Shown piece after piece: positions 1 through 10,192 of a stretch of 64,000 nt of DNA; position 1 is the stretch's first letter; each line of letters begins with the position of its first letter. The position numbers and the translations under genes are program-made. This stretch comes from an uncultured bacterium (GTDB lineage Bacteria > Planctomycetota > UBA1135 > GCA-002686595): positions 480,001 through 544,000 of the forward strand of contig CALSNU010000001.1 in the NCBI GenBank assembly GCA_943787795.1, given 5' to 3'. The notes beneath the pieces are model-generated. The model had not been told where the DNA came from. It searched no databases and worked only from the letters and a program-made list of their open reading frames with translations.

Positions 1-2194
1 CGCCGAGTGCGGTCCAGCGAGCGGTCCTGCCGTTGATGGGCGGAGGGAGCGTCTGTGCGTCGCGGAGTTGATCCACGACCGTGAGCGCCGTGTGGTATCC
101 GAGCGCATTCCCGGGCGTTCCGGTGGCGAGGAGCTCGAAGCAGATGCCCTCGAGGGCACCGTGGGGGAGGAGAGCGAGGCTCGGCGCGGGAGCCGCCGGT
201 GCGCGGCGCTCCCAGTCCTTCAGGGCTGCGTCCAGGGAGGCCGGGAGCAACGCGAGCGAGAGCTCGTCCAGGAGGCCGCCAGGCCGGTCATCGGGGGCGC
301 CCGCAGGGCGGTCATGGGACGAGCGCTCCGCGTGGCTCCGTCCCGCGAGGAGCGCCTGACGGAGCCGGTCTCGGGCGCGGGTGAGCTCCTGCCGCCCGCG
401 GGGAATCTCCTCGGCTGCGGCGGTCCCATCCGGTCGCACGTGGACGACCAGGGACTGGTCTGCCCCCACGATCCAGGTCAGTGCGCCGAGGTCCTGGCGG
501 GCCGCCAGGGCGAGGATGCGTGAGCGGGCTTGCTCGAGGGTGCAGGCCGCGTGAGCAGCCTCGATCGTCGCGGCTGCGAGCAACGGTTCACCGGAGGCCA
601 CGCGGGCGCGGGCGAGGAGCTCGACCGTGGTGAGCCCGAGCCATTCGCCCACGGCGCTCCCGCCCCGTAGCTCACCCTCTGCATGCTGCCAGCGTGCGGC
701 GTCGCGGGCGCGCGCCTGATCGAAGGCGCGCTGCAGGGGGACCAAGGCCTCGTCGGTCCGCCCCATGGCGAGGAGCGCCTGGCCACGCAGGGCGAGGACC
801 TCCACGCGGCCGAGGTCTCCCTCGCCCGTGGGGAGCGGGCGCGCGGCCAGGAGCTCAAGGGCTGCGGCCGGCGCGCCCCGATCCACGAGGAGAGCCGCCT
901 CGGTCAAGTTCAAGAGGCCCGCGCGGTCGTCGCCGGGCGCTCGGCGCGCCTGCTCAAGGGCCAGCGCTGCCCTGCCCAGGGCGCCAGCCCGCACCAGCGC
1001 GGCCGCCTGCAGGGCGCGCCATTCCCCCGTCGCCGCGGCCAGATCGATCTCGGGGTCGAGGCCGGAGGGGGGGAAGGACTCGAGGAGCTCAAGCGCTCGG
1101 TCCGGGCGGTCCCCGGAGAGGCGCTGCGCGGCGAGCTCGCGGGTCAGCGCCCAGCAATGGGCGGGGTGGCGGAAGGTGGCCAGCTCCTCCAGGGCTGCCG
1201 AGGCCGCGAACGGAGCGCCGCTCTCGCGGGAGACGCCCACGAGCCCGAGCAGGGCGCGTTCGCGCCAGCGGGGTTGCTGGACCCCCTCGGCGAGGTCCGC
1301 GAGGTCTCGGAAGACCTGCTCTGCCTCCAGGAGCTCACCGCGGGCCAGCGCGACGCGAGCGCGCACCCAGAGCGGCTCAAGCTGTGGGGGCCGCTGGCCC
1401 GTCCGGGCGAACCAGCGGAGCGCGAGTCGCGCGTGTCCATCCGCCCGCTCTGCGAGGTCGGCGCGGCGGCTCGTGTCCGACCAGGCCTGCTCCACCAGGC
1501 GAACCTCGATCCGCGAGAGGAGCGCGGCGGTACGGGCGGCAGCCGTGACGTCGGCCGCCTGCCGAGCCTCTGCCAGCAGGAGCTCGAGGGCCGTCATGAC
1601 GGTCTCCCCGGGGCCGCCATCGCCGAGCTCCTCCGCCTGAGCCTTTGCCCGCACGAGGTCGAAGCGGGCCTCGAGGCGCCGGCCTTCGCGGCGCGCACCC
1701 GGGTCCAGCTGGATGTAGTAGCGCGCCACGCGGACGGCGTCTTCGCGCTGGAACCGGGTCGCGAGCTCGGTCGCGACCTGCAGGAGCGGAGCCTCGGCGT
1801 CGAGGCTCCCGCCCCTCACCTCGTCGAGGGTTCGGATGTAACGCTCGATCAGCTGCTCGTAGCTGGCGTCCGGCGCGATGGCGGCTGGACTGTCGCTCGG
1901 TGGCGAGGCGGGCCGCCCGGTGACGGCTGCGGGCGCTCCGAGGAACGCGGCGCAGGCGATCGCGATGAACGCCAGGTGGCCCCGCCGGGGGGCGGCTGGC
2001 CGGGGAGGCCCCTGCTGCGGTGGAAGATCCTGCTGCGGTGGAAGATCCTGCTGCGGGGGGAGGTCCTTCTGCCGGGCAGGGTCCTGCCGCTGCGGGAGCG
2101 AGAGTCGCCGCGGGCTGAGGCTGGGTGAGCAGCCAGAGCGGAGTTCAAGAGGGGAGCCTGCCGGGACCGCCGTGCGATCGGCCGCCAGGCTCAC
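1..2194 (-). CDS. TPR-like/CHAT (caspase-like) domain protein, partial; C-terminus runs off the left edge
   Basis: Not in the ORF track because it has no stop in the window. My manual translation of the minus frame is open from GTG at 2194, which overlaps the TGA of the upstream gene (GTGA), to position 2. It has a hydrophobic segment (RRGHLAFIAIACAAFLGAPAAV), long Ala/Leu/Arg helical TPR-like repeats, and near the edge LALLPHGALEGICFELL, which resembles the N-terminal CHAT motif LxIxPxGxLxxLPFEAL. Confidence 0.7.
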   Translation of the reverse strand, partial: MSLAADRTAVPAGSPLELRSGCSPSLSPRRLSLPQRQDPARQKDLPPQQDLPPQQDLPPQQGPPRPAAPRRGHLAFIAIACAAFLGAPAAVTGRPASPPSDSPAAIAPDASYEQLIERYIRTLDEVRGGSLDAEAPLLQVATELATRFQREDAVRVARYYIQLDPGARREGRRLEARFDLVRAKAQAEELGDGGPGETVMTALELLLAEARQAADVTAAARTAALLSRIEVRLVEQAWSDTSRRADLAERADGHARLALRWFARTGQRPPQLEPLWVRARVALARGELLEAEQVFRDLADLAEGVQQPRWRERALLGLVGVSRESGAPFAASAALEELATFRHPAHCWALTRELAAQRLSGDRPDRALELLESFPPSGLDPEIDLAAATGEWRALQAAALVRAGALGRAALALEQARRAPGDDRAGLLNLTEAALLVDRGAPAAALELLAARPLPTGEGDLGRVEVLALRGQALLAMGRTDEALVPLQRAFDQARARDAARWQHAEGELRGGSAVGEWLGLTTVELLARARVASGEPLLAAATIEAAHAACTLEQARSRILALAARQDLGALTWIVGADQSLVVHVRPDGTAAAEEIPRGRQELTRARDRLRQALLAGRSHAERSSHDRPAGAPDDRPGGLLDELSLALLPASLDAALKDWERRAPAAPAPSLALLPHGALEGICFELLATGTPGNALGYHTALTVVDQLRDAQTLPPPINGRTARWTALG
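2012..2065 (-). repeat. In-frame 18-bp tandem repeat x3 encoding (DLPPQQ)3
   Basis: Plus strand reads ctgctgcggtggaagatc twice, then ctgctgcggggggaggtc. Confidence 0.85.
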
Positions 2195-3411
2195 TGGTCC
2201 TCGGCGAGATAGGCAGCTCGCGCGGCCCCGGGGGCGAGGTCCCTGGCTCGGTGGCGTGCGTCCGAGAGGAACCCAGCGGAGTGAAGGCGCCGAACATCCT
2301 CACGGGTGGAGCGGGATCCAGCGTTGGCGCCCGACGCGCCGGAGGTGAGGCGGGCGTCCTCCGCGGGAAGGACCACGAACGAGAGGTCCCCGAGGTCGCG
2401 CTCGACGCCGTTGACGGTGGCCCAGGCAGACCATTCATAGGTGCCGGCCTCGAGACGGTCCGCTGTGGCGTTCCGCGAGGTGGACTCGGCGGTCCAGACG
2501 GTGTTGCCCTCGTCAAAGGCGCCGCCTGAATTGAGCCTCAGCTCGAACCGGTACCGCTCGGCGCCCGGGACCGAGGCGACCTCGAAGAGGGGACGGGCGG
2601 CGTAGGTCGCCAGCCCCTCCACCGGTGCAAGGACACGTCCACGGGGGAAGAGCAGCGCTTCTGAACTCGAGCTGCGGAGCACGGGTGACTCGGGCAGTCC
2701 GCCGTCGAGGGCGTTGGTGGGGCCGGTGCGATCCGCCAGCATGGCGATCATCAGGGCGGCAGCCGCAGCGGGGACCCACTTGACCCAGGGGGCCAGGCCC
2801 CGGGGAGCACGGCGCTCATGTTGTCCAGCGGCGGACCCCGTCGCGCCCTCCGAACTCCGGAGTGAGCGGTCGCTGGCGGCGCGTGTCGGGAGGTCCTCGA
2901 CCCGCTGCAGCGGAGGCGCCCCGGCGCGTGGCCCGGGGAGTTGAACGGGGGGGAAGCGGTGGATCGGGCCGACGTTACGGGGGGCGGGGATCGGGTCGGA
3001 GAGCCGCTGCGTCCAGCGCGCCTCCTCGGGGTGATCCGCGAGGAACGCCTCGACCTCCTGGCGGCGCCGCTCGGGGAGCGGCTCCGAGCCTCGACCGTTG
3101 CCGAAGCGATAGAGGTCATCCGCCGAGACGTTGCGGTCTTCGCGGTGAGCGCCGCCGCCCTGGGCCTCGCCGCTGTTGCTCTCGGCCACGGCTGATTCGA
3201 GCCACAGGTCCACCTCTCGGAGCCGGTCCAGGATCTGCCGCGCGGCGGGATGGCTCTCGATCTCGTCGAGACGATCGCTCTCCAGTTCATCGAAGCGCGC
3301 GATAGCCTCCAGCGTCGCCTCGTCCTCGTGGATGGGCAGGGTGATCCCCGGGCGGGGAGCACCGGAGGCGACCGTGGACGGGTCGTCCTGGGGCTGATCG
3401 TTGGGAGACAT
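2191..3411 (-). CDS. Putative membrane-bound anti-sigma factor
   Basis: Directly downstream of the ECF sigma gene. Helical N-terminal region, one TM helix (WVKWVPAAAAALMIAMLA) and a C-terminal beta-rich extracytoplasmic domain (LLFPRG...PLFEVASVPGAERYRFEL). Confidence 0.65.
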   Translation of the reverse strand: MSPNDQPQDDPSTVASGAPRPGITLPIHEDEATLEAIARFDELESDRLDEIESHPAARQILDRLREVDLWLESAVAESNSGEAQGGGAHREDRNVSADDLYRFGNGRGSEPLPERRRQEVEAFLADHPEEARWTQRLSDPIPAPRNVGPIHRFPPVQLPGPRAGAPPLQRVEDLPTRAASDRSLRSSEGATGSAAGQHERRAPRGLAPWVKWVPAAAAALMIAMLADRTGPTNALDGGLPESPVLRSSSSEALLFPRGRVLAPVEGLATYAARPLFEVASVPGAERYRFELRLNSGGAFDEGNTVWTAESTSRNATADRLEAGTYEWSAWATVNGVERDLGDLSFVVLPAEDARLTSGASGANAGSRSTREDVRRLHSAGFLSDARHRARDLAPGAARAAYLAEDQ

Positions 3412-3447
3412 CGTTTGGAGTCCGTGGAGCGTGGTCGCAGGGGGGCT

Positions 3448-3477
3448 GGATCTTCGGAGCCAGGATCTTTGGAGTCA
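3448..3477. repeat. 15-bp degenerate tandem repeat x2 between sigma and anti-sigma genes
   Basis: ggatcttcggagcca / ggatctttggagtca. Confidence 0.6.
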
Positions 3478-3500
3478 GGCCTCGGCAGCGAGGCGAGCGC

Positions 3501-4085
3501 TCAGATTTCCGTCAGCGCCTCTTCATGGGCGAAGTTGTGGACCAGCACGCGGCGGAGGCTGATGGTCGCCCTCCGGAGGCGGTACTTGGTCTGTTCCAGG
3601 GAGATGGCCTGGCGGCGGGCGATCTCGCCCAGGGTCTCTCCCTGCACGAACCGCAGGTCGAGGAGGGAGCGCTCCTCCGTGGAGAGCTCGTCGAGGGCTT
3701 CGCGCACCACGCCGCCCACCTCGGAGATCCCGGCCATCTCGGAGGGGCCAGGGCTCTCGTCCGGCCGGTCAGGGATCTCCTCCCCGGCGCTCTTCATGCG
3801 GGGCCGGCCGCTGGCGTTGTCCCTGCGCTTCAGATCCACGCAGCGGCACCACGCGACCCTGTAGAGCCATGTGCCGAAGGACCCGCGGTCCGCGTTGAAC
3901 GCGTCGCGATCCAGCCGCTCCAGGACGAACAACACGATGTCCTGGTAGCGGTCCTCCCGCGCGACCGCGTCGGATTCGAAATGTCCGATGCAGTGGTGGA
4001 GCAATGACTTGTAGCGTTCAAGGAACGCTGTCACTGCGGCCTCTCGCCGTGCGCGGAGGCCCTCGATGAGGGCGAGGTCGTCCAA
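3501..4085 (-). CDS. ECF-family RNA polymerase sigma factor
   Basis: 194 aa, TTG start. Region 2 (DRYQDIVLFV...GSFGTWLYRVA) and region 4 HTH (LSTEERSLLDLRFVQGETLGEIA...TKYRLRRA). Confidence 0.92.
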   Translation of the reverse strand: MDDLALIEGLRARREAAVTAFLERYKSLLHHCIGHFESDAVAREDRYQDIVLFVLERLDRDAFNADRGSFGTWLYRVAWCRCVDLKRRDNASGRPRMKSAGEEIPDRPDESPGPSEMAGISEVGGVVREALDELSTEERSLLDLRFVQGETLGEIARRQAISLEQTKYRLRRATISLRRVLVHNFAHEEALTEI

Positions 4086-4501
4086 GGGATTGGGAAGGGG
4101 ACCCCTGCGGCCGCGGCGCCCTCCCTCCGTACCCCGAGATAGAGAAGCGTCTAGCGCGTTGCAATGGGCGAGCCTCGGTCGTGGGCGATGCGCGCCGTTG
4201 TCGGCGTTAGTCTATGCGAAGAAGTGGTTTATGGAATTGAGACTTGTCGTCTCGGAGGTCTCGGGGGGCCCGCTGCCGCCCCTCGTGTCCCGGCGCCAGG
4301 GGGGGACCTTCGATCAGTTCCCCCGGTCCTGGTCCTGTCGCGGAGGGGGGGTCCCCGCTTAGACTGTTCGCCCAAACTCCCGCCCGGGAGGACGGGATCG
4401 CGGGGACAGCCCCGCGTTTCGGGAAGTCTCGCGTCCCGCGACGTCCCCGGGTGATCTCGATCGCCACCGCGGATTCGTCCGCCCTGCCACGCCCCATCCT
4501 C

Positions 4502-5683
4502 ATGACCGAAGTCGTCCTCCTCAGCGCGGCGCGCTCCCCGATCGGAAAGTTCCAGGGGGGCCTCGCTGGCTTCCGTGCGCCCGAGCTTGGGGCCTTGGCG
4601 GTGGCGGAGGCGATCCGTCGAGCGGGCATCGAGAGCTCGTCCGTGGAGGAGGTCATCATGGGGAACGTGCTGCAGGCCGGCCTCGGGCAGAACCCCGCCC
4701 GCCAGGCGGCCCGTGGCGCCGGCGTCCCCGACGAGGTGGGGAGCATGACCATCAACAAGGTCTGCGGCTCGGGGCTGAAGTCCGTGATGCTCGCGGCGCA
4801 GGCGATCCGCGCTGGTGATGCCCACTGCCTCGTGGCCGGCGGGATGGAGTCGATGTCGAACTCGCCCTACCTGCTCCCCGACGCGCGGACGGGCATGCGG
4901 TTGGGCCACAGCGAGGTGGTGGACTCCATGGTCCATGACGGGCTGTGGGACATCTACAACGACTTCCACATGGGCATGACCGGGGAAAAGGTGGCGACTG
5001 AGCTCGACGTCTCCCGTGAAGCCCAGGACGCCTTCGCCGCCGAGAGCCACCGCAAGGCGGCCGAGGCGCGCGACGCGGGGCGCTTCGACGCCGAGAAGTT
5101 CGCGGTGACGATCAAGCCGCGCAAGGGAGACCCCTTTGACTTCACCGATGACGAGACCATCCGTGAGGGGATGACGGCGGACTCCATCAGCGGAATGCGA
5201 CCGGCCTTCGCGAAGGACGGCACGGTGACCGCGGCCAACGCCTCTGCCATCAACGATGGCTCCGCCGCGCTCGTGGTCGCGAGCGCCGACTTCGCCGCGA
5301 CCCACGGTCTCAAGCCCCTCGCCAAGGTGACCCACTACGCCACGGGTGGGTGCGCGCCGGAGTGGGTGATGATGGCCCCTGAGCGCTCCATCAACAAGGC
5401 TGCGGACATGGCTGGGCGGAAGCCCGCGGACTTCGATCTGCACGAGATCAACGAGGCCTTCTCCGCCGCTGCCGTGGCCCTCACGCGCAAGCTGGACCTC
5501 GACCCGACGCGGGTCAACGTCAACGGCGGGGCTGTGGCCCTCGGGCACCCGATCGGCGCCTCCGGGGCCCGTATCTTGACGACCTTGCTCAGCGCGATGG
5601 AGCAGCGCGACGCCGGCACCGGCATGGCCTCTCTTTGCCTCGGCGGCGGGAACGCCGTCTCGCTCTCCGTCGAGCGCGTTTGA
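4502..5683 (+). CDS. Acetyl-CoA C-acetyltransferase (thiolase)
   Basis: Motifs [19 protein letters not shown] and CLGGG. Start moved to ATG 4502 ([15 protein letters not shown]). Confidence 0.95.
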   Translation: MTEVVLLSAARSPIGKFQGGLAGFRAPELGALAVAEAIRRAGIESSSVEEVIMGNVLQAGLGQNPARQAARGAGVPDEVGSMTINKVCGSGLKSVMLAAQAIRAGDAHCLVAGGMESMSNSPYLLPDARTGMRLGHSEVVDSMVHDGLWDIYNDFHMGMTGEKVATELDVSREAQDAFAAESHRKAAEARDAGRFDAEKFAVTIKPRKGDPFDFTDDETIREGMTADSISGMRPAFAKDGTVTAANASAINDGSAALVVASADFAATHGLKPLAKVTHYATGGCAPEWVMMAPERSINKAADMAGRKPADFDLHEINEAFSAAAVALTRKLDLDPTRVNVNGGAVALGHPIGASGARILTTLLSAMEQRDAGTGMASLCLGGGNAVSLSVERV

Positions 5684-5718
5684 GGTCCGGGCCCACTCAC
5701 AAGCCAAAGGAAACGAAC

Positions 5719-6582
5719 ATGAGCAGCAACGATCTCTTCGAGCGAGTCGCCGTCATCGGCGCAGGGACCATGGGGAACGGCATCGCGCAGGTGTTCGCCT
5801 CGTGCGGGAGCGAGGTGACTCTCGTGGACGTGAATGGCGAGGCCCTCGAGCGCGGCGTGGCCGCGATCGGTAAGAGCCTCGCGCGGGTCGTCAAGAAGGA
5901 GCGCATGTCCCAGGAGGACGCGGACGCCGCCATGGCGCGCATCTCTCGTTCGACCCGTCTCGAGGACCTCACGGATCGTGAGCTCATCGTCGAGGCCGTG
6001 TCGGAGCGGGCTGACCTGAAGGCCAAGGTCTTCGGGACCCTCGATAAGGTCGCGCCGGCCTCGACGATCCTCGCGTCCAACACCTCATCGATCTCCATCA
6101 CGGAGATCGCGGCGGTGACGGGGCGCGCGGACAAGGTCATCGGCATGCACTTCATGAACCCGGTCCCCGTCATGAAGCTGGTGGAGGTCATCCGCGGCCA
6201 GGAGACCAGCGACGAGACCACCGACGCCGTGATGCGCGCGAGCCGCGCCCTCGGCAAGGAGCCGGTCGAGGCCAACGACTACCCCGGGTTCGTCTCCAAC
6301 CGGGTCCTCATGCCCATGATCAACGAGGCGGTCTTCTGCCTCATGGAGGGCGTCGCGACCAAGGAAGGCATCGACACGGTCATGAAGCTCGGCATGGCGC
6401 ACCCGATGGGCCCCCTGACGCTCGCTGACCTCATCGGCCTGGATGTGTGCCTCGACATCCTCGAGGTCCTGCACCGAGGGCTCGGGGACGACAAGTACCG
6501 GCCATGCCCCCTGCTGCGACGGATGGTCGCCGCCGGTCGTCTCGGGAGGAAGTCCGGGAAGGGCTTCTACGACTACGAGTGA
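5719..6582 (+). CDS. hbd: 3-hydroxybutyryl-CoA dehydrogenase
   Basis: GAGTMG Rossmann motif, [16 protein letters not shown] and GFVSNR. ATG 5719 follows AAGGA. Confidence 0.93.
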   Translation: MSSNDLFERVAVIGAGTMGNGIAQVFASCGSEVTLVDVNGEALERGVAAIGKSLARVVKKERMSQEDADAAMARISRSTRLEDLTDRELIVEAVSERADLKAKVFGTLDKVAPASTILASNTSSISITEIAAVTGRADKVIGMHFMNPVPVMKLVEVIRGQETSDETTDAVMRASRALGKEPVEANDYPGFVSNRVLMPMINEAVFCLMEGVATKEGIDTVMKLGMAHPMGPLTLADLIGLDVCLDILEVLHRGLGDDKYRPCPLLRRMVAAGRLGRKSGKGFYDYE

Positions 6583-6698
6583 CCGGTGCGGCAAAGAACC
6601 CCGGCCAGTGCTGGGGTTGACGGCGCAAACGGCCGATCTACTCAACTGACTCTACGCCGCTCTCTAGCGGCCCCTAGCAACACGCCTCCAAGATCGTC

Positions 6699-7883
6699 AT
6701 GACCATGACCCATCCGGACATTGACTCTGCCGCCGTCGGGCTCGGCTTCGAGCTCGACGAGGAGCTCTCGATGGTGCGGGACTCCGCCCGAGACTTCGCG
6801 GACGGTGTCCTCGCGCCGCTGGCCACCAAGCACGACCGCGAGGAGACGATCTCCGACGAGGTCTACAAGCAGCTGGGTGAGCTGGGTTTCTGGGGGCTGA
6901 CGCTCCCCGAAGAGTTCGGCGGCGCCGACCTCGGCAACGTCGCGCTGGCGGTGGTGCTCGAGGAGCTCAACCGCGTCTGCGCATCAACCGGCGTCGCGGT
7001 CTCTGTTCACAACTCTCTGCTGTGCGCGCCGCTGATGAAGTTCGGCACCGACGAGCAGAAGGCGCACTGGCTGCCCAAGCTCGCTTCCGGTGAGGCCATT
7101 GGTGCCTACTCCCTGTCCGAGGCGGGGTCAGGCTCCGATGCGGCGGCTCTCTCCGCGACGGCGGAACGTGACGGCGATGATTGGATCCTCCGGGGTACCA
7201 AGCTCTGGGTGACCTCCGGCGATCGTGCCGGCCTCTTCCTCGTCTACGTGCGCACGAACCCGGACCTGCCCAAGGCGAAGGGGATCACCGCGTTCCTCAT
7301 GCCTGGTGACGCCCCCGGCCTGAAGATCGGCAAGCACGAGATGAAGACGGGCATCCGCGGCTCCGCCACGGTGGAGATCATCCTCGAGGACGTCCGACTC
7401 GGCCCGGAGTGCGTCCTCGGCGAGGTCGATCGCGGCTTCCCGATCGCGATGGACACCCTCGCGGGTGGGCGCATCGGTATCGCGAGCCAGGCCGTGGGCA
7501 TCGGTCAGGCCTGCCTCGACGCGTCGATCAAGTACGCCAAGGAACGCGAGCAGTTCGGCAAGCCGATCGGCTACTTCCAGGCGATCCAGCACAAGCTCGC
7601 GGATATGTCTGCGCGCCTCGAGGCCTCGCGCCTCCTCGTCCGCAAGGCCGCGTGGATGCGCGACCGCGGCATGGAGGTCAACCGTCAGTCCTCGGAGGCA
7701 AAGCTCCTGGCCTCACAGGCGGCCAACTACTGCGCTGACGAGGCCGTTCAGATCCACGGGGGCGCCGGTTACACGGACGACTTCCACGTGGAGCGGCTGT
7801 TCCGGGATGCCCGGATCACGGAGATCTACGAGGGCGCGACGGACATCCAGCGCCTCGTGATCGCTCGGGACCTGCTCAGCTGA
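6699..7883 (+). CDS. Acyl-CoA dehydrogenase (short-chain type)
   Basis: SLSEAGSGSD, GRIGIASQAVG, QIHGGAGY and IYEGATDIQR. Confidence 0.95.
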   Translation: MTMTHPDIDSAAVGLGFELDEELSMVRDSARDFADGVLAPLATKHDREETISDEVYKQLGELGFWGLTLPEEFGGADLGNVALAVVLEELNRVCASTGVAVSVHNSLLCAPLMKFGTDEQKAHWLPKLASGEAIGAYSLSEAGSGSDAAALSATAERDGDDWILRGTKLWVTSGDRAGLFLVYVRTNPDLPKAKGITAFLMPGDAPGLKIGKHEMKTGIRGSATVEIILEDVRLGPECVLGEVDRGFPIAMDTLAGGRIGIASQAVGIGQACLDASIKYAKEREQFGKPIGYFQAIQHKLADMSARLEASRLLVRKAAWMRDRGMEVNRQSSEAKLLASQAANYCADEAVQIHGGAGYTDDFHVERLFRDARITEIYEGATDIQRLVIARDLLS

Positions 7884-7992
7884 GCGCGCCGATCCCACCC
7901 TCACTCCCATCACACGCTCAAGGGCGCGCCGCGCCCCCGAATTCGCCCCGGACCTCGCTCGCCACGAGCCCGGACGCACACCGGACCAAGCC

Positions 7993-9219
7993 ATGACTGA
8001 CGTCGCCGCCTCCAAGGAGTCCCACGACCTGGGACACGCCGAGTACGAACTCCCCGCCATCCGTCACTCCTTCGACTTCACGGAGGAGCAGGAGATGGTC
8101 CGCGAGATGGTGGAGGACTTCGCGAGATCGGAGATCGCACCCATCGCCCACGACATCGACGAGAAGCACAGCTTCCCGCGGGAGAAGTGGGACCAGATCG
8201 TCGAGCTCGGACTCCCGGGGATTCCCTTCCCCGAGGACGTCGGCGGCTCGGATGGGGGCACGCTCGCCTACATCCTCGCCGTGGAGGAGCTCGCCAAGGT
8301 CTGCGGCTCGACCGCGCTCGGATACGCCGCGCACGTGAGCCTTGGCACCTATCCGATCTGGAAGTGGGGCGGCGCCGAGCTCCGTGAGCTGTACGTGCCG
8401 AAGCTCATCTCCGGGGAGTACATGGGCGCCTACGGGCTCACCGAGCCTGGGGCGGGCTCCGACTCGGGAGGGACCGCGACGACCGCGGAGCTGGTGGGGG
8501 ACGAGTACGTCCTCAACGGGCGGAAGTGCTTCATCACCAACGCGAACCACGCCGGGGTGTTCATCGTCACGGCCGTGACCGACCGCTCGCTCGGGTCCAA
8601 GGGGATCTCCGCGTTCGTGGTCCCGCGAGACATCGAGGGCTTCACCCTCGAGCCGGGTGAGACGAAGCTCGGGATGCGCGGCTCGGATTGGGCCAGCCTG
8701 GTCTTCCAGGATGCACGGATCCCCCGCTCGCACCTGCTCGGGCCCGCTGGCGAGGGCTTCTCGACCTTCATGAAGACCCTGGAGGGGGGCCGTATCTCCA
8801 TCGGCGCGCTCTCCCTTGGCCTCGCCGAGGGAGCCTTCGAGTGCGCCACGAAGTACGCCATGGAGCGCGAGGCCTTCGGGGGCTCGCTCGCGGACCAGCA
8901 GGCCGTCCAGTTCAAGCTCGCCGACATGCGGGTGCAGATCGAGGCCGCGCGCCACCTCGTGTATCACTCCGCCCGACTCAAGGACTCGGGTCAGAGCTAC
9001 GGGACAGAGGCGTCCATCGGGAAGCTGTATGCGTCCGAGATCGCCATGAAGTGCACCTACGAAGCGATCCAGATCTACGGCGGCTACGGCTACAGCCGGG
9101 AGTACCCGGTGGAGCGCATGTGGCGCGACGCGAAGCTCTGCACGATCGGCGAGGGCACCAGTGAGATCCAGCGCCTGATCATCGGACGTGCGGTGCTCAA
9201 GGCTGCTCGCTCCCTCTGA
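7993..9219 (+). CDS. Acyl-CoA dehydrogenase
   Basis: GLTEPGAGSD, QIYGGYGY and IGEGTSEIQR. Confidence 0.95.
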   Translation: MTDVAASKESHDLGHAEYELPAIRHSFDFTEEQEMVREMVEDFARSEIAPIAHDIDEKHSFPREKWDQIVELGLPGIPFPEDVGGSDGGTLAYILAVEELAKVCGSTALGYAAHVSLGTYPIWKWGGAELRELYVPKLISGEYMGAYGLTEPGAGSDSGGTATTAELVGDEYVLNGRKCFITNANHAGVFIVTAVTDRSLGSKGISAFVVPRDIEGFTLEPGETKLGMRGSDWASLVFQDARIPRSHLLGPAGEGFSTFMKTLEGGRISIGALSLGLAEGAFECATKYAMEREAFGGSLADQQAVQFKLADMRVQIEAARHLVYHSARLKDSGQSYGTEASIGKLYASEIAMKCTYEAIQIYGGYGYSREYPVERMWRDAKLCTIGEGTSEIQRLIIGRAVLKAARSL

Positions 9220-9226
9220 GCGAGCC

Positions 9227-9264
9227 ACCCTGCGCTTCAGGCTCAACCCCGCGCTTCAGGCTCA
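9227..9264. repeat. 19-bp tandem repeat x2 in a short intergenic gap
   Basis: accctgcgcttcaggctca / accccgcgcttcaggctca. Confidence 0.75.
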
Positions 9265-9267
9265 ATA

Positions 9268-10188
9268 ATGTCGAACCCTGCCCCGAGTCAAGGTCCGCAG
9301 GCGAGCGCGTGGTCTCCAGTCTCCCTCGATGTGGGGGAGTGGAAGATCACCGCGCTCTTTGACGCCAACTTCCGTCTCGACGGTGGGGCCATGTGGGGGG
9401 TGGTGCCCAAGAACCTCTGGGCACGGCTCACACCGCCGGCCGAGGACAACACCATCCGGCTTGCGGCGCGCCCGTTCCTCGCCGAGAAGGACGGGGTCAA
9501 GGTGATCGTCGAGGGCGGCATGGGGGACCGGTGGGACGACAAGTTCCGCAAGATCTACGGGCTCGATCGGCCGGAGGCGACCACGCTCAGGGCCACGCTT
9601 GCCGCGGTGGACGTGGGGCCCGAGGACATCGATCACGTGGTGGTCTCCCACTGCCACTTCGACCACATCGGAGCCCTCGTCGAGCTGCAGGGTGGGTCGC
9701 TGGAGCCGCTGTTCCCGCGCGCCAGGCACCACTTTCCCACGGCCGAGGTCGGCGCGGCGCGGGTCCCCATGCACCCCCGGCGGGCCAGCTACCGCGCGGA
9801 CGACATCGACCCCCTCGTGGAGCGAGGGCTGGTGGAGATGCATGAGGGGAGTCACCGCCTCTTCGACGATCTCGAGCTGGTCGAGGTCTGCGGGCACTCC
9901 GAGGGCATGGTCGTGGTCCGGTTCAACGCTCACGGAGACGGACCCTCCGCGGCGTTCTGGGGGGACCTGATTCCCACCACCCATCACATCCAGCCGCCCT
10001 ACATCATGGCGTACGACATGGACGTGTCTCGCTCGTTCTCGATGCGCACCGAGTGGCTCGCCAGGGCGGCTGACGAGGGGATTGTGGGGCTGTCTTATCA
10101 CGACCCGGACCGGGCGTTCACTCGTCTCGAGAGGGACGGTAAGCGCTACGTGGCGGTGGACGTCCCTGAGCTTGGCGCCCGCGACTGA
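9268..10188 (+). CDS. MBL-fold metallo-hydrolase (YtnP-like)
   Basis: FRLDGGAMWGVVPK, HCHFDH (HxHxDH) and GDLIPT...MAYD. Confidence 0.9.
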   Translation: MSNPAPSQGPQASAWSPVSLDVGEWKITALFDANFRLDGGAMWGVVPKNLWARLTPPAEDNTIRLAARPFLAEKDGVKVIVEGGMGDRWDDKFRKIYGLDRPEATTLRATLAAVDVGPEDIDHVVVSHCHFDHIGALVELQGGSLEPLFPRARHHFPTAEVGAARVPMHPRRASYRADDIDPLVERGLVEMHEGSHRLFDDLELVEVCGHSEGMVVVRFNAHGDGPSAAFWGDLIPTTHHIQPPYIMAYDMDVSRSFSMRTEWLARAADEGIVGLSYHDPDRAFTRLERDGKRYVAVDVPELGARD

Positions 10189-10192
10189 GGGG

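Noticed and set aside
683..2128. 481-aa plus-strand ORF
   Set aside because: It is the antisense shadow of the minus-strand TPR/CHAT gene and has no domain motifs.
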